The position numbers and the translations under genes are program-made. 64,000 bases of DNA from Phoronis australis (Eukaryota > Animalia > Phoronida). The stretch spans positions 726,860-790,859 of the forward strand of contig NMRA01000142.1 of assembly GCA_002633005.1 (NCBI GenBank), in the 5' to 3' direction. Below, in pieces: positions 54,901-64,000 of the stretch (the first letter of the stretch is position 1; each line of letters opens with the position of its first letter). The notes beneath the pieces are model-generated. The model searched no databases and had not been told where the DNA came from. It was given only the letters and a program-made list of their open reading frames with translations.

Positions 54901-57900
54901 ACGTGGTTAATATGCTCTATGGTTCACAGAAGTTGTGGCATCAGCATCAAACTTAAAAGTTAGTTTTGTTGATTTTTTCCAGTTTGAACAAATATGTTTG
55001 TGCAAAGAAATAGGCTAACGTCATATAGTTTGTCTTCAACCTGGGATAGTCGCTAGGAGCGCGACATAATCCCTTTCTAAACCTATTGCATTCATTTGAC
55101 AAGACAACACTTACTTTGTTATATACAAATAGTGTATTATGTCGGCCTGTTCGTGCATCGACTCTGTCTGTTTGAGCAGGTTAACTAGTTCATCACAGTC
55201 CAGCGTTTGGAACAAGGCCGTGGATGACGTCCTCGTGAGTCGTTCGTTGGACGTGCTGGGGCGTAGGTGGGACCCTTGCGCGGGGAGGTAACCAGCTGTG
55301 AACATACAACAACATCCTAACTGTTGTGGTTACTGTAAAATGTTCCATCATTAGCAACTGTACAGTAAATCCACAGAATGAAGATGGAATCATTTCAACA
55401 GTGCCATGCATAAAAGGAACAATATTAGTTTTACAGCCGAAAACACACACTTTGAGAATTATTGTTAAATGGAATAAACTTCTTTATGTTAAAAACTTTG
55501 ATCAAAGCTATAAAAGAACAAAATCCGCTGAATTTTTGTGATTTCATTTCAAATCGCAAATTCTCGCTGTTGTCTGCCAGACGTCCGAAGTCTTTACGAT
55601 TGAAATATGCTTGAAATAATCTGCTAGTTAACACATGGGATTTGGCTCAGAAACAGAGCGTTCGGTTGCTATTACGGAGCGAGTGGATTTGATTCCGCAC
55701 CTTCTCCAAATTTCTGTAAAAATATTTTTCTCGCAGAGAATGTCCCTTTAAGGCACTGTGACAAGTCCACAAATCATTGCCCCCTACGTAGCAGCATGCA
55801 AAAGCAGCAGCTTGTAAACGGATGTGTCAGTGTTGAATTTCTAAGTAGCTGGATTCAAATATAGCGAACATTATGGTTAAAATTCAAATAAAACTAAAAT
55901 GTCATACATCGAAACTTGTCATAATTTTTGGGCTGGGTACAAAAAATTCCTTAAGACGCATCTCTTTGCATTCTCTAAATTTAATCGATGTCCCTAGAAA
56001 ACTCTGAAACATTGGCTATCAATGGTCCCATTGAATGTGACTGGATCATCATACAAAAACCTTGAATTATGAAAAAGGTTAAGTCCCAAAGAACTCATTA
56101 TTTCTAGGGTGTGTTCGTAGAACCAAGACATTAGCCATAACCTTGTGGGAAGAAATCTTCGCTTATGGAATAGAAACACTGAATTCTTTCCATTGTTCAT
56201 GAATTCTTTCCCATAATTCAGCTTTCCAATCTCACTGACCAATCATTACTAAGATCTTGTGAGTGTATGCGAAACACATGCCTTACACTCAGACATGTGA
56301 TTTCGAGCGATCTTGCTCTATGACGAAATTCTCGAATCTAGGGAATGCACCCGTTCTATGCCACAAGCCAAGTGTCTCCCTAATGGCTGGCCTTATAGAG
56401 TACACGTCGTACAGATCTAACAAAGTCAGTATCAATTGTTAAGGATTAGTCTACATGTTCTTGCCCTATGCAAAACTGAGCATATGACGAAGTTAATACG
56501 CACGGTCATCATTAGCCTCTATATGTATGGAGCGGGACCGTCGTATGATGCCATGGACGGACGACGACCTTCGCCTCATCTCTTGACTCACTCGCCGCTT
56601 CCTGAAGGGAACTTCAGAAGACGGTAGGTGGCGCTGAATACTGGTTGGGCTGATCATATCCTCCATCATTCTACAAATTCCGTCCTCTAGAACATAAGAG
56701 ATATAAAAAGCGTAATCAATGACTCAATAGACAAATTTAAAAACAAACAGCAGACAGAAAACTTGTCCTAGATAAATAATCAGTTATGCAATGGAAATCG
56801 TACACTTTTTTCCGCAATTTAACATTCCAGCCTCACAGATCAATCATTTCAGTGGCGACCACTTTGCTCATATACGCAAGCAAGCTCTCAAGCAAATCCA
56901 CAAAATATTTTTCATTCGTGTAATTTAGCATGGTGTTACATTATCTCACTTTCCTTGCAAGAAACTTGCACAACAGAACACACCCCAATTTACCGTGCAC
57001 TCGTCATACCTGCCAGCTCTTCACCCTCCTCCTGCTTGGTGAGAAATGTTAACTTGGTGATACACGATGTACTGAGGAAGTCTGTCAGGTAACCAAGTAG
57101 TACTCTGTAGATACAACGTACAAGTATAACTCATTAGAACTTGAACTGCCATAACTTGATACGAGACAGAGATACAAAGCAAGTCTGTCGGGTAACCAAG
57201 TAGTACTCTGTAGACACAACATACAAATATAACTCATCAAAGTTTGAACTGCCATAACTTGATACGAGTCTGAGAGATACAAAGCAAGTCTGTCTTTGCA
57301 GATATGAAAACAAGTCAGAGTATCTTATCCAAAATTGAACAATTGGATATCAAAGGCATTTGTGTGTATTTTGTACAAATAAAAGCAAATTAGTGTACCT
57401 TGTAGTAGCTTCAAGATGGAAAGGTGAAAGATGCTATGTCTCATTAAATCCATGAAGATTTAAATTTGCAAAAAGCGCCACCTACTGACTTACTGGAAAA
57501 TTGTGGGTACAAGAGTAAAAAGAAATAATTTGTAAATAAACTGCGATTTTAAAGAAAACACCGCAACTGATACACTTTAAGTGTTTGAACATATAAAAAA
57601 CCCTAGTAATTCCAAATGCAATCGTTACTTGATAGTGAAATAAGTAAATAATAAAAACTGTGCCTGGTTTCATTAGGGTAACAATGGAATATTACCATAC
57701 TCATTTACATGTAAATTGTCTCACAAAACAAGATTTTCACGAGATTGAAATTATGGCAACTGGTTCTTGGATGGTTTCCAGCACACTAGAGGACCCGGGG
57801 TTGTTTGTAAATAAGTACTTCATTTGAATTATTCAAAATTTAATGAGACTATGCATCTTTACCCTGGGGACACGAAATCAAAAGAACAGGACATTCATGC

Positions 57901-60900
57901 GTAATGAATGGTATTGTCATTTGCGAGTAATCTATTTTTCAGAGTAACGAAAGCACCACGAATTGCTAGATGACAAGAACAAATGACATTGAATCATTAG
58001 TGAAGCCTACACAATACACTGCCATGGTGCTAAAGGTAAAGACTGAAGCAACCTATCAGAATCCAAACAACAAATGCATCATGAGTATGATGCAAGTGTT
58101 AATATCTGAGCCAATCAAGAGTGAAGCGTTGAAAAAAATTTACCTTGTACCGTTGATATAACCCGTCTGTAATTTCTTCAGAGTGGCTGCAAGGGCAGGG
58201 TGTAGGGACTGTCGGAAATCTAAATCAACAGACAAATGTCAAACATTAAAAAACCTGTACAAGTAGGAAAGAATGGTAGAAAGATCATGAAATAAGCCCA
58301 ATCCACAACCAACTATGCAAAAGGATCACTCTTAGATTGTGATTTTTGACCATTTCATGAGTTGTAATTCAAAACATAACACATTGTGCTTCAATGAAGC
58401 TTGTGCCATTTTGGCTTAGCGTCTCATGCAGCGCCGCCTTTTGGTTCTTTGATATGGCATGTTAGCACTCTTGAGATTATGTAGGACCTTATCGACAAGT
58501 CTGCATGGATCCATAAAAATAGAATTATACTTATTACTTTATCTAAAAGCAGAAAGCCTGAAGAATTTTGTTTGTGACTTCATACCAATCAGCAAGAAAT
58601 TGGGTCAAATGATCGTGTCATCTCAGTAAAATTTAGTGAACAAGAAACGTACATTAACAGCAAAACAATGGCATCAACAGCATGACCAAATTCCGTTTGA
58701 TATACGTTTTGAAGATGAAACCTCAGAAATGACGTTGAAATTATCATTTCGTTTTAATTTATTCTATTCAACTTTTGATTTTTTTTTAATTCGTCACTGA
58801 AGTCGTATTTTGGATACCCTTCGTGCAAAAAAGGAGCATTTTAAAAGCAATTCCGAAAGCATTTTGGAGAGCAGTGCACAAAGCATAGTATCCAAAGGTT
58901 TCACATGAATCCGAACAGCCATTTCCGAGATTTTAAGCTCCGAAGTCAGCCAAATTTGGACATTTCTGCGGGTCCTACATAACCTGTACTACAAATAATC
59001 ACACCATAAATTAAATGGAACCTGATAATTTCTAACAGACTTGACCTAATAAGCACTGCATGGGACTTGAAGATTGGTTTGCCAACAACTGGCCATAAGC
59101 ATTTCAGAGACAGCAGATATCTTAACAAACGCTAGCACAAGGCCAGTAGACACACATACCGATCATCCAGTGTGAGATTGTGATGATGACTGTAGGTCGG
59201 CCCAACATCTGCCAGTTGGTGCGTAAGTAAGCGATGTCCGTCCTGAACTGATCCAGCAGGAATTCAGTGTCTAACACCAGGTAGAAGGCTGTCGAGTCCA
59301 GGAACTACAACAACAGGAGGTCGGCGGACATGAGAGTCCCGTAAATTCATGGATCTTCTAAGATCTAGATTGTGACGTAGCTAGAATCATTGCCGAAATA
59401 AACACTGAAAGCTTTTTGACGACTGAATTTCAATAGCTGAACATCCTCTGCGGACTGGTGGACAACTGACAGAATGCCGTGACACTCCAAGTGGAAACAA
59501 CAAAGTCTACGTCAACATAAATAAAAAATCTACACAAAGTTCCCTAATAAATGCTCATCTTGCACAAATTCACAAGTTTTATAACAAAACTGGAATTTGA
59601 ATACAACAGTAGGCATACCTGAGGTGTAAACGCCCATATCTCGTCGTTCATTCTGTACAGTTTACTTGTGGTGAGCAAGCCACACTCTGCTGATGGACGG
59701 CCACTTAAACCAAGCTTCGGACATTTACCTGCGATTAACAACATTTGATATTGAATAGTACTAGCAAGTGACAACGAAAAGTGAAATTTTGTCTACAAGA
59801 TTCTAACTTAGTTTGACAACCTTACCATTTTTCAAATATCTGTAAAATAGTGAATTTACGACCAATAGTATAAACTTAAGGTGGACTTTCTCAGAGCACG
59901 TACACAAATAAGGCAACAGCCATGTACTTATTAATAATTTAAAAACTTGTCTCCTACTGCAAAATCTCATCGGACAAATTAATCTTTTTCATGTTTCAGA
60001 AGCTTCCAACCTTGTTATGAATGGCCACAATTTCTCAGAACCACTGTCAGATGGTAGGTATAGTACAGATCTTAAAAGGTGATAATTACGGTATTTATTT
60101 GGTGCTACTTATCATTTAATGAAAAAATGAGAAAGTAAGATTTCACTTGTTGGCTATACTGTGTCCTTATCTTTCCATTCAACAAATCAAATAACACCAT
60201 TTTTCCCCAATACAATCCTGACCACACATATTTACTGAGAAATAGCCTGTACAGTTATTTCCCGTGGGAGACAATGATTTGGTGGGAAAACGTGACAGAC
60301 ATGTTGCAATGTTCTATACAAGACGCTCACATGTGTGACTTGATCCATCGCACATCATGGGATGACTGACATCGAGCACAATAGTTGACCAATTTCATTT
60401 TTATTAGTAGTGCGACACATACCTAAATTAGAATACAGTTCTCGTAATAGCTTTCCTGGAAACACCCGCACATGACTGATTTCTTTGAGAGTTTGAACAT
60501 TGAGACCATGTGACAGCAACTTCTCTTGTATTAAGGAATCTTCAGCGATTAATGCCACTGAAATACACAAGACAGTCACCTACATGAACCTCAGAAAGAC
60601 ACTGAAATATACAACACCTCACGACAGTTTAGTAACAATTCCCTCACTTTCTTACCTTTCCTGGATTAACATAAAATATTTGAAAAATTGAAACACATGA
60701 GAACTTTTGGCAACAAAGATATTTTTATTAATCTTTTGAAAATTACATCTCCAAGAAAATTTTATCAACACTCAAAAAAAGATTACAATAGACCAACAAG
60801 CACGAGCCACATAAATTATAACCCAACACTGTTTGCCCAAATTCAGTGCTTTTTTCTAGTATGTGCTGTACTTCGTAGATTGCCAAACTTCTTACATCTA

Positions 60901-62943
60901 AGCATGAATTCCACATTTTCCTAAGACTTATTTTATAAAACCCACAAAAAGTCTAATTGCAATTTTAAGATGCAGTAATTGTATGGGCTTGCATAACGCA
61001 ACTTAGGACACAGCCAGTGACTGGAGTAAGACATGGTCAAGCAAATGCAGTTGGGTAGTCGACATTGCTATTGGCCTGTTCACACCAACTTCTAGTCTAT
61101 TTACATTTGGCCCGTTGTTTCGGTCAGTCATTTCTCCAGCCATCCTCAGGTGTTGCAGCTCTCTTAGAAGAACGAGCGCGGGTGTATGGTGCACTCATAT
61201 TGGTCAGTGGTGAGCACATTTTTTCTTTTTCTTGGCGCAAACAGGGATTTTAGAAATGAGGTTACGACATCACCCCCTCTAAGTGGTTTTAGGAAGACAT
61301 TATACAAAGTGACTCACCTTGCACCACTAAATCTGGCTTTGGTTCAGTCACTAGCCTCCTGTTGAGGGGGTCCAGTTCACCAGGCGATAAGAAGTCCTGA
61401 AAATTAACACCATATCAACATACATTGGCTTTTCCCTGCTAATAGATCCATCTCTAAATGTAACGGCATCACTTAAAATTCTGTCGTATTTACCCACAAT
61501 GCATCACACCTACCAGACGTGTATAGTGCTGCCGTGCTGGATACTATCTTGCATCAAACTTTTTACAAAATTTCTCACCAACAAAAGTTTGTCTAATACA
61601 CACTCAGCGAGTTAGAATGCTGACACCAGAACACTTGAAAACCAGCACAAATATTCATGGACGTACAAAATTTTTGTTTTTGCTTATTTTTCTCAGTTCA
61701 AAAGTGATGACAATTTCAAAACGAGAACAATCCCACATTGTGTTCTGTTATATGAGACTTCAACTTGAGAAGGATTATTGCATTATGATAGTTATAACAT
61801 GAACACATTCAAACTCTTCGAACTTCATCAAACCTGTTTTTCTTTCCCACCAAAATCTTTTGTTATCATTATGAGCACCACACCAATGTTGGCATGTTAC
61901 AATTGTATATTCAAAAGCATCGCGCATTGGATTTCTTGTCGTAAAAGCAAAAATCAACATTCTGACATTGGCGAATTATACATCAAACTGTTCCTGTCAA
62001 AAATATCTATATTTAGTAATTCAAAAAACAAAAAATCAAATACAAAGGCCCTACTTACATCTTGCAGAAGCCTGCCCAGTACATACATGGACTGGCCCCA
62101 CTTGTGCGGTAATTGACCAATAGGAAGCCTCTCTTGACTTTTAGGCTTGAGATACTCTTGTTCCACCTGCGTACATGTTGCAGACACTTAAGGGGGGTTT
62201 TGCCACTGTTAAGCTATCAATGCTGAATTCTCGACAGAAGCACTGGGGTTTGAAAGTATAACTGCACTTAACCGATAATGAATTATTGCTGAATAATGAA
62301 GTCACAGGCAATGTAGAAATGCATCACTTTTGAATTCACAATTTGAGGGCTGGTCAACCTCAGTAAACTCTGAAGCATTTGCTTGAGCAGCCCATGGTTT
62401 TGGTAACGAAAAACCAAGTCCTACTAAAATAAGGAAGAGTAAGAGACGCATTTCATCAGCTTGGGTGGATTAATTCATATTTGGGTTTTGACGCCAAAAT
62501 ACTGAGGAAACGCAGTTTTAAATGTACAATTGAGTAACACAATGAATGTAAGGAGAGTTGACCTAAAGTCAGAAGGCCATCACAATACTACGAATATGTC
62601 AAAAAAATATACTTGTGGTTATCAATTCAGGTCATGAGACATAAAAGGACAAATAACCAATTGTTACTTTAGACTGCTCTTCAGTACTAAACACTATAAC
62701 AAAAGTAAAAAATATTTTTGTCAGTTTCATTTCCTCCATCCTTCTGTATTTTACACTGAAGTACAACTTTGCAAAAAAAGCAATACAGTCACGGAACACG
62801 CAGTCTTTTCGTATACTTAGCCGCGTATTCCAGCAGGAGAGCCATACCTTGTCGGCTGGAACTGTGTAAAGCTCGGGCATCATGTTAATGCCATCAGCAC
62901 TCTTCACCATAATTCTGTCCAGAGCATTGCGATACTCAGTCAC
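36709..62943 (-). CDS. PHKA: Phosphorylase b kinase regulatory subunit alpha, 5'-partial (upstream exons beyond the right edge)
   Basis: Join (minus): 62943-62848, 62166-62059, 61396-61318, 60557-60423, 59728-59619, 59304-59160, 58219-58144, 57104-57010, 56686-56504, 55295-55115, 54718-54640, 53978-53824, 53540-53462, 52230-52101, 48023-47925, [45866-45751, 45660-45642, 45090-45032, 40136-40062], 38907-38752, 38460-38407, 37408-37202, 36918-36709 = 2646 nt in frame. PHKA motifs include [59 protein letters not shown] and the C-terminal CaaX CAVS. Bracketed exons are less certain. Confidence 0.95.
37202..37408 (-). CDS. PHKA: PHKA exon
   Basis: [35 protein letters not shown]...IFLEDQ. Confidence 0.96.
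38088..38406. mobile_element. Palindromic MITE-like inverted repeat
   Basis: tgtgggtgcatagtttttacctcaaaatctggagc is inverted relative to gctccagattttaatgtaaaaactatgcatccaca. Confidence 0.7.
38407..38460 (-). CDS. PHKA: PHKA exon
   Basis: [18 protein letters not shown]; 54 nt. Confidence 0.9.
38752..38907 (-). CDS. PHKA: PHKA exon
   Basis: TVDQAM...[33 protein letters not shown]. Confidence 0.95.
40062..40136 (-). CDS. PHKA: Probable PHKA exon
   Basis: tttttattacag|[25 protein letters not shown]|GTAACC; phase 0-0. Confidence 0.6.
40961..41192. repeat. 57-bp minisatellite, ~4 copies
   Basis: Unit ttgtctgcagttggccattgttctactgacatgacctggcagacaatgtatcacact. Confidence 0.95.
41340..41746. mobile_element. 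TTAA-flanked MITE (Kolobok-like)
   Basis: TTAA|AGCCTAACTT ... AAGATAGGCT|TTAA. Confidence 0.65.
41760..43882. repeat. 1061-bp direct duplication (41760-42820 / 42822-43882) joined by a single n
   Basis: The copies differ by a handful of substitutions; n at 42821. Confidence 0.95.
43409..44851. mobile_element. 1.44-kb non-autonomous hAT-like element with 5-bp TSD
   Basis: TAACG|CAGTGTTCTCCA ... TGGAGAACACTG|TAACG. The left end also appears at 42347 in the duplicated segment. Confidence 0.8.
45032..45090 (-). CDS. PHKA: Probable PHKA exon
   Basis: [19 protein letters not shown]|GTAAGT; phase 1-0. Confidence 0.6.
45309..45522. mobile_element. TA-flanked CGG(T/C) MITE (family of 28027-28275)
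   Basis: TA|CGGCAAAAATTCCTTATTTTAGGACA ... TGTCCAAAACTGAAGAATTTTTACCG|TA. Confidence 0.75.
45642..45660 (-). CDS. PHKA: Candidate PHKA 19-nt microexon
   Basis: ctctctcctgcgctgtgttcccttcag|CCAAACCTTGCGAGCACTA|GTCAGT; phase 0-1 exactly bridges the flanking exons; PNLAST. Confidence 0.5.
45751..45866 (-). CDS. PHKA: Probable PHKA exon (multiphosphorylation/variable region)
   Basis: [39 protein letters not shown]; phase 1-0. Confidence 0.65.
47925..48023 (-). CDS. PHKA: PHKA exon
   Basis: [33 protein letters not shown]. Confidence 0.96.
49471..49848. mobile_element. TTAA-flanked dispersed repeat (related copy at ~40480-40808)
   Basis: Shares gagatttcaccttgaacat.tatatc...aaatttggtca and the taacc|ttaa terminus with 40540-40810. 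Confidence 0.55.
50695..50718 (-). CDS. PHKA: Candidate PHKA 24-nt microexon
   Basis: tgctttttgttccaccattcctcaacag|GAGACATCAACTCCATTACTGCAG|GTAACA; phase 1-1; (G)DINSITA. Confidence 0.55.
51257..51289 (-). CDS. PHKA: Candidate PHKA alternative 33-nt exon
   Basis: tttaac...ttcttctctacag|AAACACCAGCTGGAGGCTCAGAGAAATTAATGT|GTACGT; phase 1-1; (E)[10 protein letters not shown]. Confidence 0.45.
52101..52230 (-). CDS. PHKA: PHKA exon
   Basis: [43 protein letters not shown]. Confidence 0.96.
53462..53540 (-). CDS. PHKA: PHKA exon
   Basis: [26 protein letters not shown]. Confidence 0.92.
53824..53978 (-). CDS. PHKA: PHKA exon
   Basis: [41 protein letters not shown]... Confidence 0.94.
54640..54718 (-). 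CDS. PHKA: PHKA exon
   Basis: [26 protein letters not shown]. Confidence 0.92.
55115..55295 (-). CDS. PHKA: PHKA exon
   Basis: GYLPAQ...[25 protein letters not shown]. Confidence 0.9.
56504..56686 (-). CDS. PHKA: PHKA exon (variable region, RRxS-rich)
   Basis: [14 protein letters not shown]...[33 protein letters not shown]; phase 1-1. The donor GTGCGT is inferred. Confidence 0.75.
57010..57104 (-). CDS. PHKA: PHKA exon
   Basis: [31 protein letters not shown]. Confidence 0.9.
57078..57294. repeat. ~103-bp tandem duplication spanning a PHKA intron/exon boundary
   Basis: Units start at 57078 and 57181 and are bounded by the 9-bp AAGTCTGTC (third copy at 57286). Confidence 0.92.
58144..58219 (-). 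CDS. PHKA: PHKA exon
   Basis: [26 protein letters not shown]. Confidence 0.93.
59160..59304 (-). CDS. PHKA: PHKA exon
   Basis: [48 protein letters not shown]. Confidence 0.95.
59619..59728 (-). CDS. PHKA: PHKA exon
   Basis: [37 protein letters not shown]. Confidence 0.95.
60423..60557 (-). CDS. PHKA: PHKA exon
   Basis: [23 protein letters not shown]...LYSNL. Confidence 0.93.
61318..61396 (-). CDS. PHKA: PHKA exon
   Basis: [26 protein letters not shown]. Confidence 0.95.
62059..62166 (-). CDS. PHKA: PHKA exon
   Basis: [36 protein letters not shown]. Confidence 0.95.
62848..62943 (-). CDS. PHKA: PHKA exon
   Basis: [32 protein letters not shown]. Confidence 0.93.
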
Positions 62944-64000
62944 CTGGAAATGAGCAATGATTGCACATGCACAGTGTTAAACAATGGGAAATTAGCAATG
63001 ATTGCACACGGACAGTATTGAACATATGGAAAGGAGTAGCAACAGTGCAGTCCCAGATTACGCAGCGATAGAACTCTCCTTTGTCCCGGAGGTACGAAAG
63101 CACATTTTTACATCGCCTTCGTTTTGAAATGTCAGGGACATTTTTATAGACCATGTCAGAAACCGTTGAGGAGTATGGCTGCAGTAATATTCTCCATTTC
63201 AACCATTTAAAAGTATTGGCATTGAAAAGATATTTTCGAGAAGGAGGTTCTACTCGGATCAAAATAATAATAGCGAATTTGCTTTATCAACTGGCTCCGC
63301 ATTTTCTTGCCTTTGCTTGATGATGGAAAGGCGAAGAACTAAACATCACGCAACCACTGCTATTAGCCAAGTTTATCTAAGTGTCTCTCGTCAGAATTGC
63401 AGCTCTTAGCATAGCAATTATAATACTTTGTTGGCATTGGAAGGACCAGTAGAGTAATGCAGCTGAGAAAAAAATCTGAGGAGTATCACAACAACAAAGA
63501 ACATGTGGAATTCCAAAGGTACAAAAATGAGTGGCTACAAAAGTGCTTGACAAATATTGCGTCATTGTGGATAAATACAGTGAGATTTGAGTGGTGCTGT
63601 GTATTCCGGGACAACCTTATTGTACTTGAACACCATAGGGCACCTGGAAATGAGCAGCAATTACACATGGTGAGAAAAGTACGCGAAAACTTATTAAATA
63701 AATGTGTTTGACTGAATTTTGGACAATGGCATGCTGCAGACAAACATTTTTTCTGAAAAAATCGACCTTCTCCTGTTTTGCAAAAAATGTAGTCCTAATA
63801 TAGGTATTTGGAAAAAAGGATCTAATTTCAACTATAATTATGTTCACAAAGGGCTCCAATTGTGCACTACATTCCTGTATATCCTCAGCCTTGAAACACT
63901 GATATCAGTAATCAATAGTTTCCATAACACGAATCAAAGGGGTGGGTTTTTATTAAACAGAAAGTCACTTTAGGTGAAGCAGACTTTGTCCAACCTCACA

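Noticed and set aside
56287-56416. AG...GTAAGG-bounded segment between PHKA exons
   Set aside because: 130 nt long with stops in all three frames.

Overview
AT-rich, intron-rich animal genomic DNA, probably from a draft invertebrate assembly (four single 'n' bases). Four protein-coding genes can be rebuilt by hand, with GT-AG boundaries and consistent intron phases: (1) the first coding exon of TMEM164 (minus strand, the rest runs off the left edge); (2) a complete 9-exon ankyrin-repeat DHHC palmitoyltransferase of the ZDHHC13/17 or Patsas type (minus, 538 aa); (3) a complete 5-exon RBX1 (plus, 112 aa), head-to-head with the DHHC gene; (4) the 3' ~70% of phosphorylase kinase alpha (PHKA, minus, about 22 exons, ending in the CaaX motif CAVS). 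The introns are full of non-autonomous DNA transposons: palindromic and nested MITEs, TA- and TTAA-flanked MITEs, elements with 5- and 6-bp TSDs, and Helentron-type elements carrying CTCF-like motifs. Most interesting are a candidate set of PHKA microexons whose reading phases constrain which can be combined (including a pair whose joint inclusion creates a TGA at the junction), duplicated decoy splice acceptors in PHKA, and a divergent DHHC/RBX1 pair with a splice acceptor 11 nt upstream of each ATG. Two n-separated 1-1.4 kb duplications look like haplotype assembly artefacts. Most of the supplied ORFs are spurious. No CRISPR array, rRNA or intact transposase was found. All splicing claims are predictions and have no transcript evidence.
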